Positions 10,310 to 20,503 of a DNA stretch of 64,000 nucleotides are shown here, piece after piece (positions within the stretch are counted from its first letter, which is position 1; each line of letters begins with the position of its first letter). A program made the translations under genes and the position numbers. The stretch lies in the NCBI GenBank assembly GCA_963776245.1, contig CAVZLN010000006.1:288001-352000 (forward strand), read 5' to 3'. Under the pieces are notes generated by a model. The model had not been told where the DNA came from, searched no databases, and saw nothing but the letters and a program-made list of their open reading frames with translations. This stretch comes from Candidatus Eiseniibacteriota bacterium (GTDB lineage Bacteria > Eisenbacteria > RBG-16-71-46).

Positions 10310-12343
10310 ATGCGCGTGAGAGCCCTGCTGCCCCTGTCCCTGATCGCCGCGGTCGCCTTCGCACCCTTCGCGCGCGCCGCGGACTCCGGCATCCGCGCGC
10401 TCGTGCCCGCCAACCTGGACACGACGTGCGCGCCGTGCCGCGACTTCTTCAAGTTCGCCAACGGCGGCTGGGTGTCGCGCACCACCATCCCACCCTCCCA
10501 GTCGAGCTGGGGCAGCTTCGACGAGCTCGCCGAGCGCAATCGCCTCACCCTCGCGGGCATCCTCGAGCGCGCGGCGAAGGACACCGGCGCGAAGCCGGGG
10601 TCCGAGACCTGGATGCTCGGCACGTTCTGGAACACCGCGATGGACTCGGCGCAGGCCGACGCCGCGGGCGCCGCGCCGCTCGCCCCGGTGCTCGCGGCCG
10701 TGGACGGGCTGGCCTCCACGCGCGACCTCGCGGGGCAGATCGCGTGGATGCACGAGCGCGGCATCGGCGGACTGTTCGGCTTCCGCGCCGCGCAGGACCC
10801 GGGCCACAGCGATGCCATGATCGCGTTCGTCGGCCAGGGCGGCCTCGGTCTGCCGGACCGCGACTACTACTTCCGCGACGACTCGGCCGCCCGGGCGATC
10901 CGCGTCGAGTACGTGGCGCACGTGGCGCGCACCTTCGTGCTGCTGGGCGAGGGCGAGGGCGCGGCGGGCGCCGACGCCGGGACGGTGATGGCGATCGAGA
11001 CCGAGCTCGCCCGCGCCTCGATGACCAACGTGCAGCGGCGCGATCCCCGGGCGACCTACAACAAGATGCCGCTCGACACGCTCCAGGGCATCGCGCCGGC
11101 CTTCGAGTGGGCCGCCTACCTCGGCCGGCGCGGGGCGCCCCGGGTGGACTCCGTCAACGTCACCCAGCCGGGCTTCGCGCGCGCGCTGAGCGGCCTCATC
11201 GCCACCCGCCCGCTCGCCGAGTGGAAGGCCTACCTGCGCTGGAAGGTGGCGGACGACGCTTCGCCGGTGTTGTCCGCGGCGTTCGCCGACGAGGCGTTCC
11301 GTTTCAACCGGCTGCTCAGCGGCCAGCTGGTGATGCAGCCGCGCTGGAAGCGCGCGCTGCGCTGGACCGACGCCGAGCTCGGCGACCTGCTGGGACGGGC
11401 GTACGTCAAAGAGCGCTTCTCCCCCGCCGCGCGCGAACGCGCGCTCGCCATGGTGCGCAACCTCGAGGCCGCGCTCGGAGACCGCATCCGCTCGCTCGAC
11501 TGGATGGACGAGGCGACGCGGCGCGCGGCGCTCGGCAAGCTCGAAGCGTTCGCGAACAAGATCGGCTACCCCGACACCTGGCGCGACTACCGGGGCGTGG
11601 AGCTGTCCCGCGGCTCACTCTACGCGTGCCGGCTCAGCACCCGGCACTACGAGTCGAAGCGGAACCTCGACCGCATCGGCAAGCCGGTGGAACGCGGCGA
11701 GTGGCAGATGACGCCGCCGACGGTGAACGCGTTCTACAGCCCGTCGCTCAACAGCATCAACTTCCCGGCCGGGATCCTGCAGCCGCCGTTCTACGATCCG
11801 TCATGGGACGACGCCATGAACTACGGCGGGATCGGCGCGGTCATCGGCCACGAGATGACGCATGGCTTCGACGACCGCGGCCGCCAGTTCGATGCCCGCG
11901 GCAACCTGCGTGACTGGTGGACGGCGAGCGACGCCGCGAACTACAAGGCCCGCGCCGACCGCGTGACCGAACAGTACGCGGGTTACACCGTGCTCGACAC
12001 GCTCCATCTCAACGGCCGGCTCACGCTGGGCGAGAACATCGCCGACCTCGGCGGGGTCGCGGTCGCCTACCACGCGCTCCAGAAGGCGCTGGCCGGCAAG
12101 CCGCGGCGGATCCTCGACGGGTTCACGCCGGAGCAGCGGTTCTTCCTGTCGTGGGCGCAGGTGTGGCGCGACGTGGCGCGCGACGAGGATCTCCGCACCC
12201 AGGTGCAGACCGATCCGCATTCGCCGCCCTACTGGCGGGTGAACGGGACGCTCTCGAGCCTGCCGGAGTTCCAGGCGGCGTTCGGCTGCCACGCTGGCGA
12301 CCCGATGGTGCGTGACCCGGAGAAGCGCGCGCGGATCTGGTAG
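10310..12343 (+). CDS. M13 family (neprilysin/PepO-like) secreted metallopeptidase
   Basis: Signal peptide, DFFKFANGGW, VNAFY, HEMTH, GENIAD, DPHSP. Confidence 0.95.
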   Translation: MRVRALLPLSLIAAVAFAPFARAADSGIRALVPANLDTTCAPCRDFFKFANGGWVSRTTIPPSQSSWGSFDELAERNRLTLAGILERAAKDTGAKPGSETWMLGTFWNTAMDSAQADAAGAAPLAPVLAAVDGLASTRDLAGQIAWMHERGIGGLFGFRAAQDPGHSDAMIAFVGQGGLGLPDRDYYFRDDSAARAIRVEYVAHVARTFVLLGEGEGAAGADAGTVMAIETELARASMTNVQRRDPRATYNKMPLDTLQGIAPAFEWAAYLGRRGAPRVDSVNVTQPGFARALSGLIATRPLAEWKAYLRWKVADDASPVLSAAFADEAFRFNRLLSGQLVMQPRWKRALRWTDAELGDLLGRAYVKERFSPAARERALAMVRNLEAALGDRIRSLDWMDEATRRAALGKLEAFANKIGYPDTWRDYRGVELSRGSLYACRLSTRHYESKRNLDRIGKPVERGEWQMTPPTVNAFYSPSLNSINFPAGILQPPFYDPSWDDAMNYGGIGAVIGHEMTHGFDDRGRQFDARGNLRDWWTASDAANYKARADRVTEQYAGYTVLDTLHLNGRLTLGENIADLGGVAVAYHALQKALAGKPRRILDGFTPEQRFFLSWAQVWRDVARDEDLRTQVQTDPHSPPYWRVNGTLSSLPEFQAAFGCHAGDPMVRDPEKRARIW

Positions 12344-12355
12344 CCGCAGGGGACG

Positions 12356-13294
12356 TCAGGGACGGGCGGGCAGCGGATGCGTGCGCGACCACTCGACGGT
12401 GCGCCGCAGGCCGTCGGGGAAGCTGACCCTGGGCACCCAGCCGAGCACGTCGCGCGCGCGCGTGGCGTCGAGGTAGATGCGCTGCACCTCGCCCGCGCGC
12501 GCCGCCTCGTAGATGGGTGACAGGGCGGTGCCGAGGATGACGTTCAGCTCGCGCACGATGTCGTTCACCGAGGTCCCGGTGGCGGTGCCGAGGTTCACCA
12601 TCGCGCCGCTGCCCCCCTCGAGGGCGAGCACGTTGGCGTCCACCACGTCGCCCACGTACAGGTAGTCGCGCACCTGGTCGCCGGTGCCGAAGATGCGCGG
12701 GCGCTTCCCCTCGAGCATCAGCCCGATGAAGATGGCGTTCACGCCCGCCTCGCCGTGCGGGTTCTGGCGCGGGCCGTACACGTTCGGGTAGCGCAGCACG
12801 GTGTGGTCGAGCCCGTGGAGCAGCTTCCACAGGTAGAGGTAGTGCTCGAGGGTGTGCTTGCTCACGCCGTACGGGGACTCGGGGTTCACCGGATGGTCCT
12901 CGGTGGCGGGCAGCGAGCGGCCCTCGCCGTAGAGCGCCCCGCCGGTCGAGGCGTACACGAACTTCCGCACCCCGTGGCGGGTGCACGACTGGAGCAGCGC
13001 GAGCGCGCCGAGGATGTTGGTGGTGGCGTCGTGCACCGGGTCCTCGACCGAGCGCCGCACATCGATCTGCGCCGCGTGGTGGTCCACCAGCTCGGGCTTG
13101 AACTCGGCGATCACGCGCTCGACCGCGGCCGCGTCGCGCAGGTCGGCGTGGAAGAAGCGGGCCCGCGGGTTCACGAACTCGCGGAAGCCGCTCGAGAGGT
13201 CGTCGAACACCGCGACCTCGTGACCGAGTTCGACGAACCGGTCCGTTACGTTGGAGCCGATGAAACCGGCGCCTCCGGTCACCAGGATGCGCAC
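12356..13294 (-). CDS. NAD-dependent epimerase/dehydratase (UDP-glucose 4-epimerase-like)
   Basis: GGAGFIG, STGGALYG, YGVSK, NVYGPRQ. Confidence 0.9.
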   Translation of the reverse strand: MRILVTGGAGFIGSNVTDRFVELGHEVAVFDDLSSGFREFVNPRARFFHADLRDAAAVERVIAEFKPELVDHHAAQIDVRRSVEDPVHDATTNILGALALLQSCTRHGVRKFVYASTGGALYGEGRSLPATEDHPVNPESPYGVSKHTLEHYLYLWKLLHGLDHTVLRYPNVYGPRQNPHGEAGVNAIFIGLMLEGKRPRIFGTGDQVRDYLYVGDVVDANVLALEGGSGAMVNLGTATGTSVNDIVRELNVILGTALSPIYEAARAGEVQRIYLDATRARDVLGWVPRVSFPDGLRRTVEWSRTHPLPARP

Positions 13295-13442
13295 GGGATC
13301 CTCCTTGGCGGAACGTGGTGGCCGCGCGGGGCGGCGCGACGCGGCAGGTTAGTCGCGGTGCGGCGGGCGCGCAAGGCGCGCACGGCCGATCGCGGGACGG
13401 AGTCCGACGCGGCGTCGCGCGGGGCGCGCGCGGCAGGCTGCC

Positions 13443-14528
13443 TCACGCCGCGCGCGCCCCGGCCTCGCGGCCGAGGACGGCGGCGAGCCGCGCGGGCAGC
13501 GCCTCGTGCTGCGCGCAGGCGAGGGCGGGCCCGCGGGACGACGCCACGCGCGACGCCGGTGCGCGATCGAGCGCGGCGGCGAGGGCGGCGGCGAGATCGT
13601 GGGTGCCGCCCGCACGCGCGCCGACCAGGCAGCCCCGTCCGTCGAGCCACGCGCGCAGGGCGGCCGGGAGCGGCGCGTCGCCCGCCACCAGCAGCGGACA
13701 TCCGCACTCGAGCGCACGCCACACCATCCCCGCCGAGAACGGGCTCTCCCCCGCGAACACCGCGACGGTCGCCGCGTTCCACCAGGCGAACTCCGCGTCG
13801 CGCGTCGCGGCGCCGGCGAAATGCACGCGCGTGCCCACGCCGAAGCGGCGCGCCAGGGCCTCGAACTCGGGCTGCGCGTCCCCCAGCACGACCAGGTCGA
13901 GCGCGTCCGCGTCCGCCGCGGCTCGTGCGAAGGACTCGATCACCTGCGCGCCGCCGCGCCCGGCGAGCGGCAGCGGGGCCAGCACGTAGTCGCCGTCCCA
14001 CAGCGGCAGACGCTGGCGCGCGCCGCGCAGCGGCTCGCCCGCGCTCCACGCCAGCGCACACCCCTCGGCATCGAGCGCCGCGCATGGCGCCACGCCGCGC
14101 GCGCCGGGATCGAAGGCGGTCGGCCACCACCTCAGCGCGAGCCCGGCGGGCAGCGCGCGCGCGATCGCCTCGACGGCGTGCGCGGGCGAGGCGATCACGA
14201 CCTGGTGCGGCGCGTGCGCCTGCGCCGCCTCACTCAGCGCGGCGAGCCCGGCGCGGCCGGCGCCGAAGCGCGGCGCGCGCCCGGCGGCCGGCGCGGGGCG
14301 GTTCCTACCCTCGGCGAGTGTGGGATCGCACACCAGCGCCCGCGCCTCGAAGCCGGCGTGCTGCAGCAGGGAGACCCGGTCGCGCGCGTCGGCCTCGGCC
14401 GCGCCGGGCGCGCCGAGGTGCTCGACGAGCACCATGCGGAAGTGGGACACGGACACCCCCTCGGGAGGGCCGGAGTGGAGATCAGGCGGGGACGGGTGCC
14501 ACGCGCCGGCTCTCGGCCTGGACGCCAC
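13443..14528 (-). CDS. Divergent GT4-like glycosyltransferase (start uncertain, possibly near 14450)
   Basis: C-terminal GT-B pattern DLVVLG...RVHFAG...ALECGCPLLV; EX7E motif degenerate. Confidence 0.6.
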   Translation of the reverse strand: MASRPRAGAWHPSPPDLHSGPPEGVSVSHFRMVLVEHLGAPGAAEADARDRVSLLQHAGFEARALVCDPTLAEGRNRPAPAAGRAPRFGAGRAGLAALSEAAQAHAPHQVVIASPAHAVEAIARALPAGLALRWWPTAFDPGARGVAPCAALDAEGCALAWSAGEPLRGARQRLPLWDGDYVLAPLPLAGRGGAQVIESFARAAADADALDLVVLGDAQPEFEALARRFGVGTRVHFAGAATRDAEFAWWNAATVAVFAGESPFSAGMVWRALECGCPLLVAGDAPLPAALRAWLDGRGCLVGARAGGTHDLAAALAAALDRAPASRVASSRGPALACAQHEALPARLAAVLGREAGARAA

Positions 14529-15510
14529 GCATCCAGATGAGGAACCGGAGCCGCTCCCGGACTTGCAGATTGCAGGCCAGCACCTCGGGCGCGCGGGCCG
14601 GGGTCGCGCGGACCACGGGCGGCGGGGTCAGCGGGACGGTGACGGGCTCGGCAAGGGGTGCCGGCGCCAGCGCCCGGAGCCATTCGACGCGCTCGCCGAT
14701 GGTTTCGAGCGTCGCATCAGCTCGCGCGTCCAGGTCGATGCGCTCGAACCAGATACCCAATCGCTGGGAGAGCGCGATGGCGGGTCTCGGCAGGGCCCCG
14801 GGGGCGCCTGACCACCACCCGCGGAGGAGCCGGCCGCGCAGCGCGTCCCCGATCGCCTCCTGGGCGCCCGGGTCCACCACCATCAGGATGCGACCGAAGT
14901 GTGGCCACGCCTCCTCGAACAGCCGGCCAAGCTGGGACCAGCGCTCCTGGGCGGTCGGCGCGCCATGAGCCAGCAGGTAGAACCCCGCCTGCCCTCCGTT
15001 CTGCACCAGCCCGAGCAGGGGCAGCCGGCCCGCGAGGCACTCCACCAGGCCGAGGCGCGGGTCGGCGCCGAACCAATCGTGCAGCGCCAGGCGCCGGCCG
15101 GCGTCCACCACCAGCACGCGCTCGCCGCGCGCGAGGTAGCGCGCGGCGAGCTCGGCCACCGCCGCCTCGAGCGCGCGCCGCGTGGCGCCGCTCACCACGT
15201 GGAGCGCGGCGGTCGGAACCTCGGGCACCGAGGGACTCGTCGCGGTCGCGTCCGCGACGAGCGCTTCGGCGCGCCGCTCCGACCGCGCGGCCAGCACGCC
15301 CCCCGCGGTGGCGCCGAGCAGGGCCACCCCCGCCCAGGCGATCGGCGTGCCGGGGCCCAGCGTGGGCATCAGTCCGGAGACCGCGGCGAGCGCGGCGATG
15401 CCGGCGGCCGAGCCGGCCGCGGCGCCGAGCAGGAAGCGGAGATGGCGGGCGCGCGGCCTGCGGGGGGCCGCGACGTCGAGGGCGTCGAGGGCGTCATCCA
15501 TGGCGCTCAT
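14482..15510 (-). CDS. Membrane-anchored BY-kinase (CpsD/CapB)/MinD-like protein, degenerate P-loop
   Basis: Two N-terminal hydrophobic helices, GERVLVVDAGRR...LGLVECLAG, FGRILMVVD; no GKS/T. Confidence 0.55.
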   Translation of the reverse strand: MSAMDDALDALDVAAPRRPRARHLRFLLGAAAGSAAGIAALAAVSGLMPTLGPGTPIAWAGVALLGATAGGVLAARSERRAEALVADATATSPSVPEVPTAALHVVSGATRRALEAAVAELAARYLARGERVLVVDAGRRLALHDWFGADPRLGLVECLAGRLPLLGLVQNGGQAGFYLLAHGAPTAQERWSQLGRLFEEAWPHFGRILMVVDPGAQEAIGDALRGRLLRGWWSGAPGALPRPAIALSQRLGIWFERIDLDARADATLETIGERVEWLRALAPAPLAEPVTVPLTPPPVVRATPARAPEVLACNLQVRERLRFLIWMRGVQAESRRVAPVPA

Positions 15511-15540
15511 CTGAGGGGGCCTGCCGAGCGGAAGTGCGCA

Positions 15541-15550
15541 TCATCCGTGA
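15541..15550 (-). promoter_or_regulatory. CsrA/RsmA-type binding site UCACGGAUGA in 5' leader
   Basis: Minus strand GCTTCACGGATGATGC, 30-40 nt upstream of ATG 15510; matches (A/U)CANGGANG(U/A). Confidence 0.6.
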
Positions 15551-15563
15551 AGCGAACGTCCGC

Positions 15564-15593
15564 AACCTAGCGTGCGCGCGCCGGCGCGGTCAA
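15564..15593 (-). promoter_or_regulatory. sigma70-like promoter for the BY-kinase-like/GT genes
   Basis: TTGACC-N18-TAGGTT on minus strand. Confidence 0.45.
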
Positions 15594-15638
15594 GCGCGGG
15601 CGTGGATCCCGCGCCGCGCGCACGCGGGGCGGGTCGCG

Positions 15639-17382
15639 TCAGGCGTGGCCGGAGGTGGGCGCCGGGCGGCCCGCGGCGGGGAGCGTGAAGAAGAACGTGC
15701 TGCCCACGCCCGGCAGGCTCTCGACCCAGATGCGCCCGCCGTGCTGCTCGACGATGCCCTTGCTGATCACCAGCCCGAGACCGGTGCCACCGGCCTTGCG
15801 GGTCGCCGACGAGTCGATCTGCGAGAACTTGCGGAACAGCTTGGCGAGATCCTGCGGCGCGATGCCCTCGCCGTGGTCCCGGACCCCGACGCGCACGCCC
15901 TCCTCGCCCACCTCGGCGCCGATCTCGATGCGCCCGTTGGTGGGCGAGAACTTGATCGCGTTCGAGAGCAGGTTGGTGAGCACCTGGGCGATGCGGTTGG
16001 CGTCCATCATGAGGTCGGGCAGCTCCCCGGGAAGCACCAGGTCGAGGTGGATGCGGCGCTCCTCGATCAGCGTGCGCAGGTTGTACGCCGCCTGCTGGAC
16101 CACCGGTTCGAGCCGCTGGCGCTCGATGCTCATCGGCAGCGAGGCCGCCTCGATCTTCGAGAAGTCGAGGATGTCGTTGATCAGCACCAGCAGGCGCTCG
16201 GCGTTGGCGTGCGCGATGGTGAGCAGCTTGCCCTGCTGATCGGTGTTGTGGAAGTAGTGGTCGTCGGCGAGCAGCTCGATGGCGCCCTTCACCGAGGTGA
16301 GCGGGGTGCGGATCTCGTGCGACACCACCGCGACGAAGTCCGACTTGAGACGGTCGAGCACCTTGGTGTGCTCGAACAGCTGGGAGTTCAGCACCGCGAG
16401 CGCGGCCTGCGAGGCGTAGAGCATCATGAAGCTCTCGTCGTCGTCGCTGAAGCCGCCGGGCTTGTCGAGCAGCGCCAGCACGCCGATCACGCGCCCCTCG
16501 GCGAGCAGCGGCACCGCCGAGCATCGACGTGGTGCGCCGGTTCTCGATCCCGGGCACCTCGAAGGGCTCCGCGCCCACCCCGGTGGAGAGCCGCCGCGGC
16601 GTCTGGCCGGTGGCGCATTCCCACAGCGGGCCGCTCGGCTCGAGGGCCGCGGGCATGCCGTCCTCGCGCAGCTCCACGGTGGCGCCGTGCGCGGCGGCCA
16701 CGCGGAACTCCGCGGTGTCCTCGACCCGCAGGTAGACCACCGCGGCCGCCGAGCCGCCGGAGAGCTCGGCGCCCTTCTCGCACACCATCGCGAGACGCGG
16801 CGAGAGCTCGAGGTCCGCCATGATCGCCTTGCTGACGTCGTAGAGCGCGGTCATCTGCCAGGTCGCCAGGCGGACGCGCTCGCGCAACTCGTGCTCGTGG
16901 TGCTGGAGGATCTCGTTCTTCTGGCGCAGCTCCTCGACCAGCTGGCGGTTGACGGCCCGCAGCCGGCGGTGCGCCACGGCGCGGTCCACGATCTGCTCGA
17001 GGTCGTCGAGGTCGAACGGCTTCGGCACGTAGTCGTAGGCGCCCTGGCGCAGCGCGTCGATGGCGGTGCTGGCCGAGGCGTAGCCGGTGACCACGATGAC
17101 GCCCACCTCGGGGTCCACGCTCTTGGCGTAGCGCATCACCTCGAGGCCCGAGAGCCCGGGCAGGTTGATGTCGGTGAGGATGACGTCGGGGCGCAGCTCG
17201 GGCAGCACGCGCACCGCCTCCTCGCCGCTCAGCGCCACGGTCAGGTCGTAGCCCTTGGCCGAGAGGAACTCGCGGCACAGGTCGGCGACCGTCTCCTCGT
17301 CGTCCACCACCAGCACGCGCACCGGCGTGTCGTGTTCCGACAGGCTCAGCGCGGCGGCGGCTTCGGGCGTCAGCGGTTCCAT
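15639..17382 (-). CDS. Hybrid sensor kinase REC-GAF-HisKA-HATPase (frameshift near 16515)
   Basis: VLVVDDE/DINLPG/KPF receiver, SHEIRTPL, NLLSNAIKF, DHGEGI, GGTGLGL. Confidence 0.9.
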
Positions 17383-17395
17383 CTCCGGTCCCCCG

Positions 17396-18358
17396 TCAGT
17401 GCACGCGCGCGCTCGCGCGCGTCACCACCTGCCGCCGGCCGCCCTTCTTCGCGAGCCCCAGCGCCTGGTCCACCCCGTTCATGAGCTCGAGCGGGTCGAA
17501 GCCGTCGCGCGGCGCGGCCACCACGCCGGTCGAGACCGTGAGACGTCCGACGCGGGCGAAGCGGTGCTCCTCGAGCGTGCGCCGCAGGCGCTCCGCCACG
17601 CGGCGCGCGGGCAGCACGTCGGTCTCGGGCAGCAGGATGCCGAACGCGTCGCCGCCCAGCCGCGCGATGATGTCGCCGTCCCGCAGCGCCAGCTTGAGCA
17701 CCAGCGCCACCTCGGCCAGCGCGCGGTCTCCGGCGGCGCGGCCGTAGCGCGCGTTGAGCGCGCCGAAATGATCGAGGTCCACCTCGAGCAGGCCGAGCGG
17801 CACCCCGTGCTCCGCCGCGCGCGCGACCTCCTCGGCGAGGCGCTCGTGGAACGCGCGCGCATCGGGCAGCCCGGTGACGGGGTCCCGCCCCGGCTGCTGA
17901 CGCAGGCGCGCCAGCTCGAGGCGCGCGCCGAGCGCGGCGCCGAGCGCGCCCGCGGCGGTGCGCATCAGCGCGTGCTGCGCGGGTGACCAGCGCCGGCCGG
18001 GATGCGCCAGCAGTTCGAGCGTGCCGACGCGCTCATCGCCGCGCGACAACGGCACCGCCATCACGCCGCGCAGATCGCCCGGCTCGCGTTCCCAGGGCCC
18101 GCGTGCGCACGAGCGCTCGAGCCTGCCCTGCGGTCCGAGCGCGTGGAGCGAGGCGCCGGCGCAATCGAACGCGCGCACCAGCGCGTCGAGGGCACGGTCG
18201 AGCGCGCGCGGTTCGGACGCCGCGGAGAGCAGCGCCTCGCAGGCGGCCCACAGCAGGCGCGACGCGCGGCGGCGTCCGTCGGCGGTGTCCGGCGGGTCGC
18301 CGACCCGTGTCCGGGCGACGCCGGCGGTGGCCGTCTCACGCCGCGCGGGCCGGAGCAT
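17396..18358 (-). CDS. GAF-GGDEF protein with degenerate active site (GGDAF) and intact RxxD I-site
   Basis: DPVTGL, DLDHF, RDGDIIARLGGDAF. Confidence 0.85.
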   Translation of the reverse strand: MLRPARRETATAGVARTRVGDPPDTADGRRRASRLLWAACEALLSAASEPRALDRALDALVRAFDCAGASLHALGPQGRLERSCARGPWEREPGDLRGVMAVPLSRGDERVGTLELLAHPGRRWSPAQHALMRTAAGALGAALGARLELARLRQQPGRDPVTGLPDARAFHERLAEEVARAAEHGVPLGLLEVDLDHFGALNARYGRAAGDRALAEVALVLKLALRDGDIIARLGGDAFGILLPETDVLPARRVAERLRRTLEEHRFARVGRLTVSTGVVAAPRDGFDPLELMNGVDQALGLAKKGGRRQVVTRASARVH

Positions 18359-18740
18359 CGGATCCTCCGATCGAGTTCTTGAGGTCGCGCAGCCGGCCCG
18401 CGGCCTCCTGGATGCGGCCCGACTCACGCAGCATCACTTCCAGCCGCTCACGCACGCCGGGCTGCTGACCCGCCGGGCCCATCAGGAGCAGCTGGGCATG
18501 GCCGCGGACCCCCACCAGCGCGTTGTTGATCTCGTGGTGCGCCCCGAGCACTCGCCCGGCCTCCGCGTCCCACGCCTGCTGCTCAGCCCACCATGACGCG
18601 AGCGTGGCGCGCAGCGCGCGCGCGGCGTCGGCGTGGCCGGCCTGCTCGAGCTCGGCGGCCTGCGCGCCCAGCCGGGCGCGCAGCGCGAGCCACGGGGCCG
18701 GCTCCGAGCCGGCGCCCGAGCCGGGACGGGGCAGGCTCAC
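18336..18740 (-). CDS. Stand-alone HisKA (DHp) phospho-acceptor protein, no ATPase domain
   Basis: HHEINNALVGVRGHAQLL H-box, 134 aa, GTG start overlapping the fliA stop. Confidence 0.7.
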   Translation of the reverse strand: MSLPRPGSGAGSEPAPWLALRARLGAQAAELEQAGHADAARALRATLASWWAEQQAWDAEAGRVLGAHHEINNALVGVRGHAQLLLMGPAGQQPGVRERLEVMLRESGRIQEAAGRLRDLKNSIGGSDAPARAA

Positions 18741-19588
18741 GCCGCCTCCTCTTCGAGCATCGCCTTGCCCAGCCGCAGGCGCATGCGGGACATCGCCCGC
18801 GTGTGCACCTGGGACACCCGCGACTCCGAGATGCCCAGCGTCCGTCCGATCTCCTTCAGCGTCAGGTGCTCGTAGTAGTAGAGCGAGACCACCAGCCGTT
18901 CCTGCTCCGGCAGCTGGTCGAGGGTGCGCAGCAGCACCAGGCGGGACTGCTGCTCCTCGAGGCGCTCCTGGTAGTCCACCACCGCCGGGTCGGCGAGATG
19001 GTCGCCCAGCGTCGCCGGCTCCTCGCCGTCGCCCGAGCGGCTCTCGTCGAGCGACACCAGCACGGCGCCGCGGACGTGATCGAGCAGGCGGTAGAAGTCG
19101 GGGCGGGTCATCTTCATCTCGCGCGCGACCTCCTCCTCGGAGGCGGCGCGGCCGAGCTTCTGGTCGAGCTTGCGCGTCACGCCGTCGAGGTTGCGCGCCT
19201 TGCGCCGCATCGAGCGCGACACCCAGTCGAGCGCGCGCAGCTGGTCGAGCACCGCGCCCTTGATGCGCCACACCGCGTAGGTCTCGAACTTCACGCCCTT
19301 GCGCGCGTCGAACTTCGCGTGCGCGTCGAGCAGCCCGAGCACGCCGGCCGAGTAGAGGTCCTCGTGATCCACGTTCTTGGGCAGCGTCGCCGCGACGCGC
19401 TCCACCACGTGGCGCACCAGCGGCGCGAAGCGCTTGAGCAGGTCGTTCTTCGAATACTGCACCGCGGCGGGCGCGGGCTGCGGGCGCGCGGCGCGGCGGG
19501 TGCCCGTCACCACGACGAGGCGCGGCGCGGGTCGGGCGGCGGGCGAGGACTTGGCGGTCGCGGTGGCGAGGATGGCAGGGCGGGCCAT
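18737..19588 (-). CDS. fliA: FliA/WhiG family sigma-28 factor
   Basis: DLYSAGVLGL, KFETYAVWRIKGAVLDQLRALDWVSRS, LTLKEIGRTLGISESRVSQVH; SD GAGGAGG. Confidence 0.95.
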   Translation of the reverse strand: MARPAILATATAKSSPAARPAPRLVVVTGTRRAARPQPAPAAVQYSKNDLLKRFAPLVRHVVERVAATLPKNVDHEDLYSAGVLGLLDAHAKFDARKGVKFETYAVWRIKGAVLDQLRALDWVSRSMRRKARNLDGVTRKLDQKLGRAASEEEVAREMKMTRPDFYRLLDHVRGAVLVSLDESRSGDGEEPATLGDHLADPAVVDYQERLEEQQSRLVLLRTLDQLPEQERLVVSLYYYEHLTLKEIGRTLGISESRVSQVHTRAMSRMRLRLGKAMLEEEAA

Positions 19589-19602
19589 GGGAATGAACCT
19601 CC

Positions 19603-20503
19603 TCAGGCTCTGAGACGTTCGACGCTCGGGGTCACGTCGGATGCCGGGGGCGAAGGGACATCCCAGAGCCGACCGGCCAGGGCGCGATAGGCCGCCGCGG
19701 CCAGGGACTGCGGGAAGGCGGTGAGCAAGGGTTCCTGCCGGCGCACCGCGCCGGGCACGGCGGGGTCGAGCGGCACCCAGCCCCAGTAGTCGATCTCGAG
19801 ACGCAGGAAGCGGCGGGCCACCAGGCTGATGCGATGCGACGTCTCCTCCGCCTCCTCGGGGCTCGCCGCCATGCTGACCACGAGGTGCGGCGCCCGCGTG
19901 AGGCCCTGGCGCTGGAGCAGCTTCACCAGGCCGTAGGCATCGGAGAACGCCGGCATCTCGGGCGTGGTCATCGAGCAGCACGTCGTCGGCGGACAGACAG
20001 AACGAGGTCACCTGGCGCGAGACGCCCGAGGCGGTGTCGATGAGCACCAGGTCGGCGTCCGCGGCGAGCGTTCCGAGGCCGCGCAGCAGGAACTCGCGCC
20101 GCACGTCGTCGAGCTCCGCGAGCTCGGGCTCGTTGGAGGCGGCCGGCACCAGCGTGACGTTCTTCGGTCCCCGGATCGCGATCTCCTCGAGCGTGCGCTC
20201 GCCCGCGAAGACGTGCTGCAGGTCGTAGCGCGGATGCACGCCGAGGAGCAGGTCGAGGTTGGCCTGCGAGAAGTCGGCGTCCACCAGCAGCACGCGGCAG
20301 CCGCGCTCGCCGAGCGCGATCGCCAGGTTGGCCGCGAGGTGGCTCTTGCCCACCCCGCCCTTGCCGCTCGCCACCACCACGGTGCGCACGCCGGGGCGTG
20401 CCCACTGGGCCGGATGGTCGCTCTCCCCCGAGGTCGCGTGACCCGGGACCACGCGCAGGCCGGCGCGGGCCGCGGGCGTGTCGTTTCCGCGGCGCGGGCT
20501 CAC
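19603..20503 (-). CDS. flhG: FlhG/FleN-type MinD/ParA ATPase (frameshift near 19972)
   Basis: SGKGGVGKS, DADFSQANLD, IDTASG, TPEMPAFSDAYGLVK; directly upstream of fliA. Confidence 0.85.

Noticed and set aside
18737..20503. FlhG-FliA fusion (588 aa)
   Set aside because: A frameshift near 19972 joins them; the FlhG C-terminus is in another frame and fliA has its own SD.
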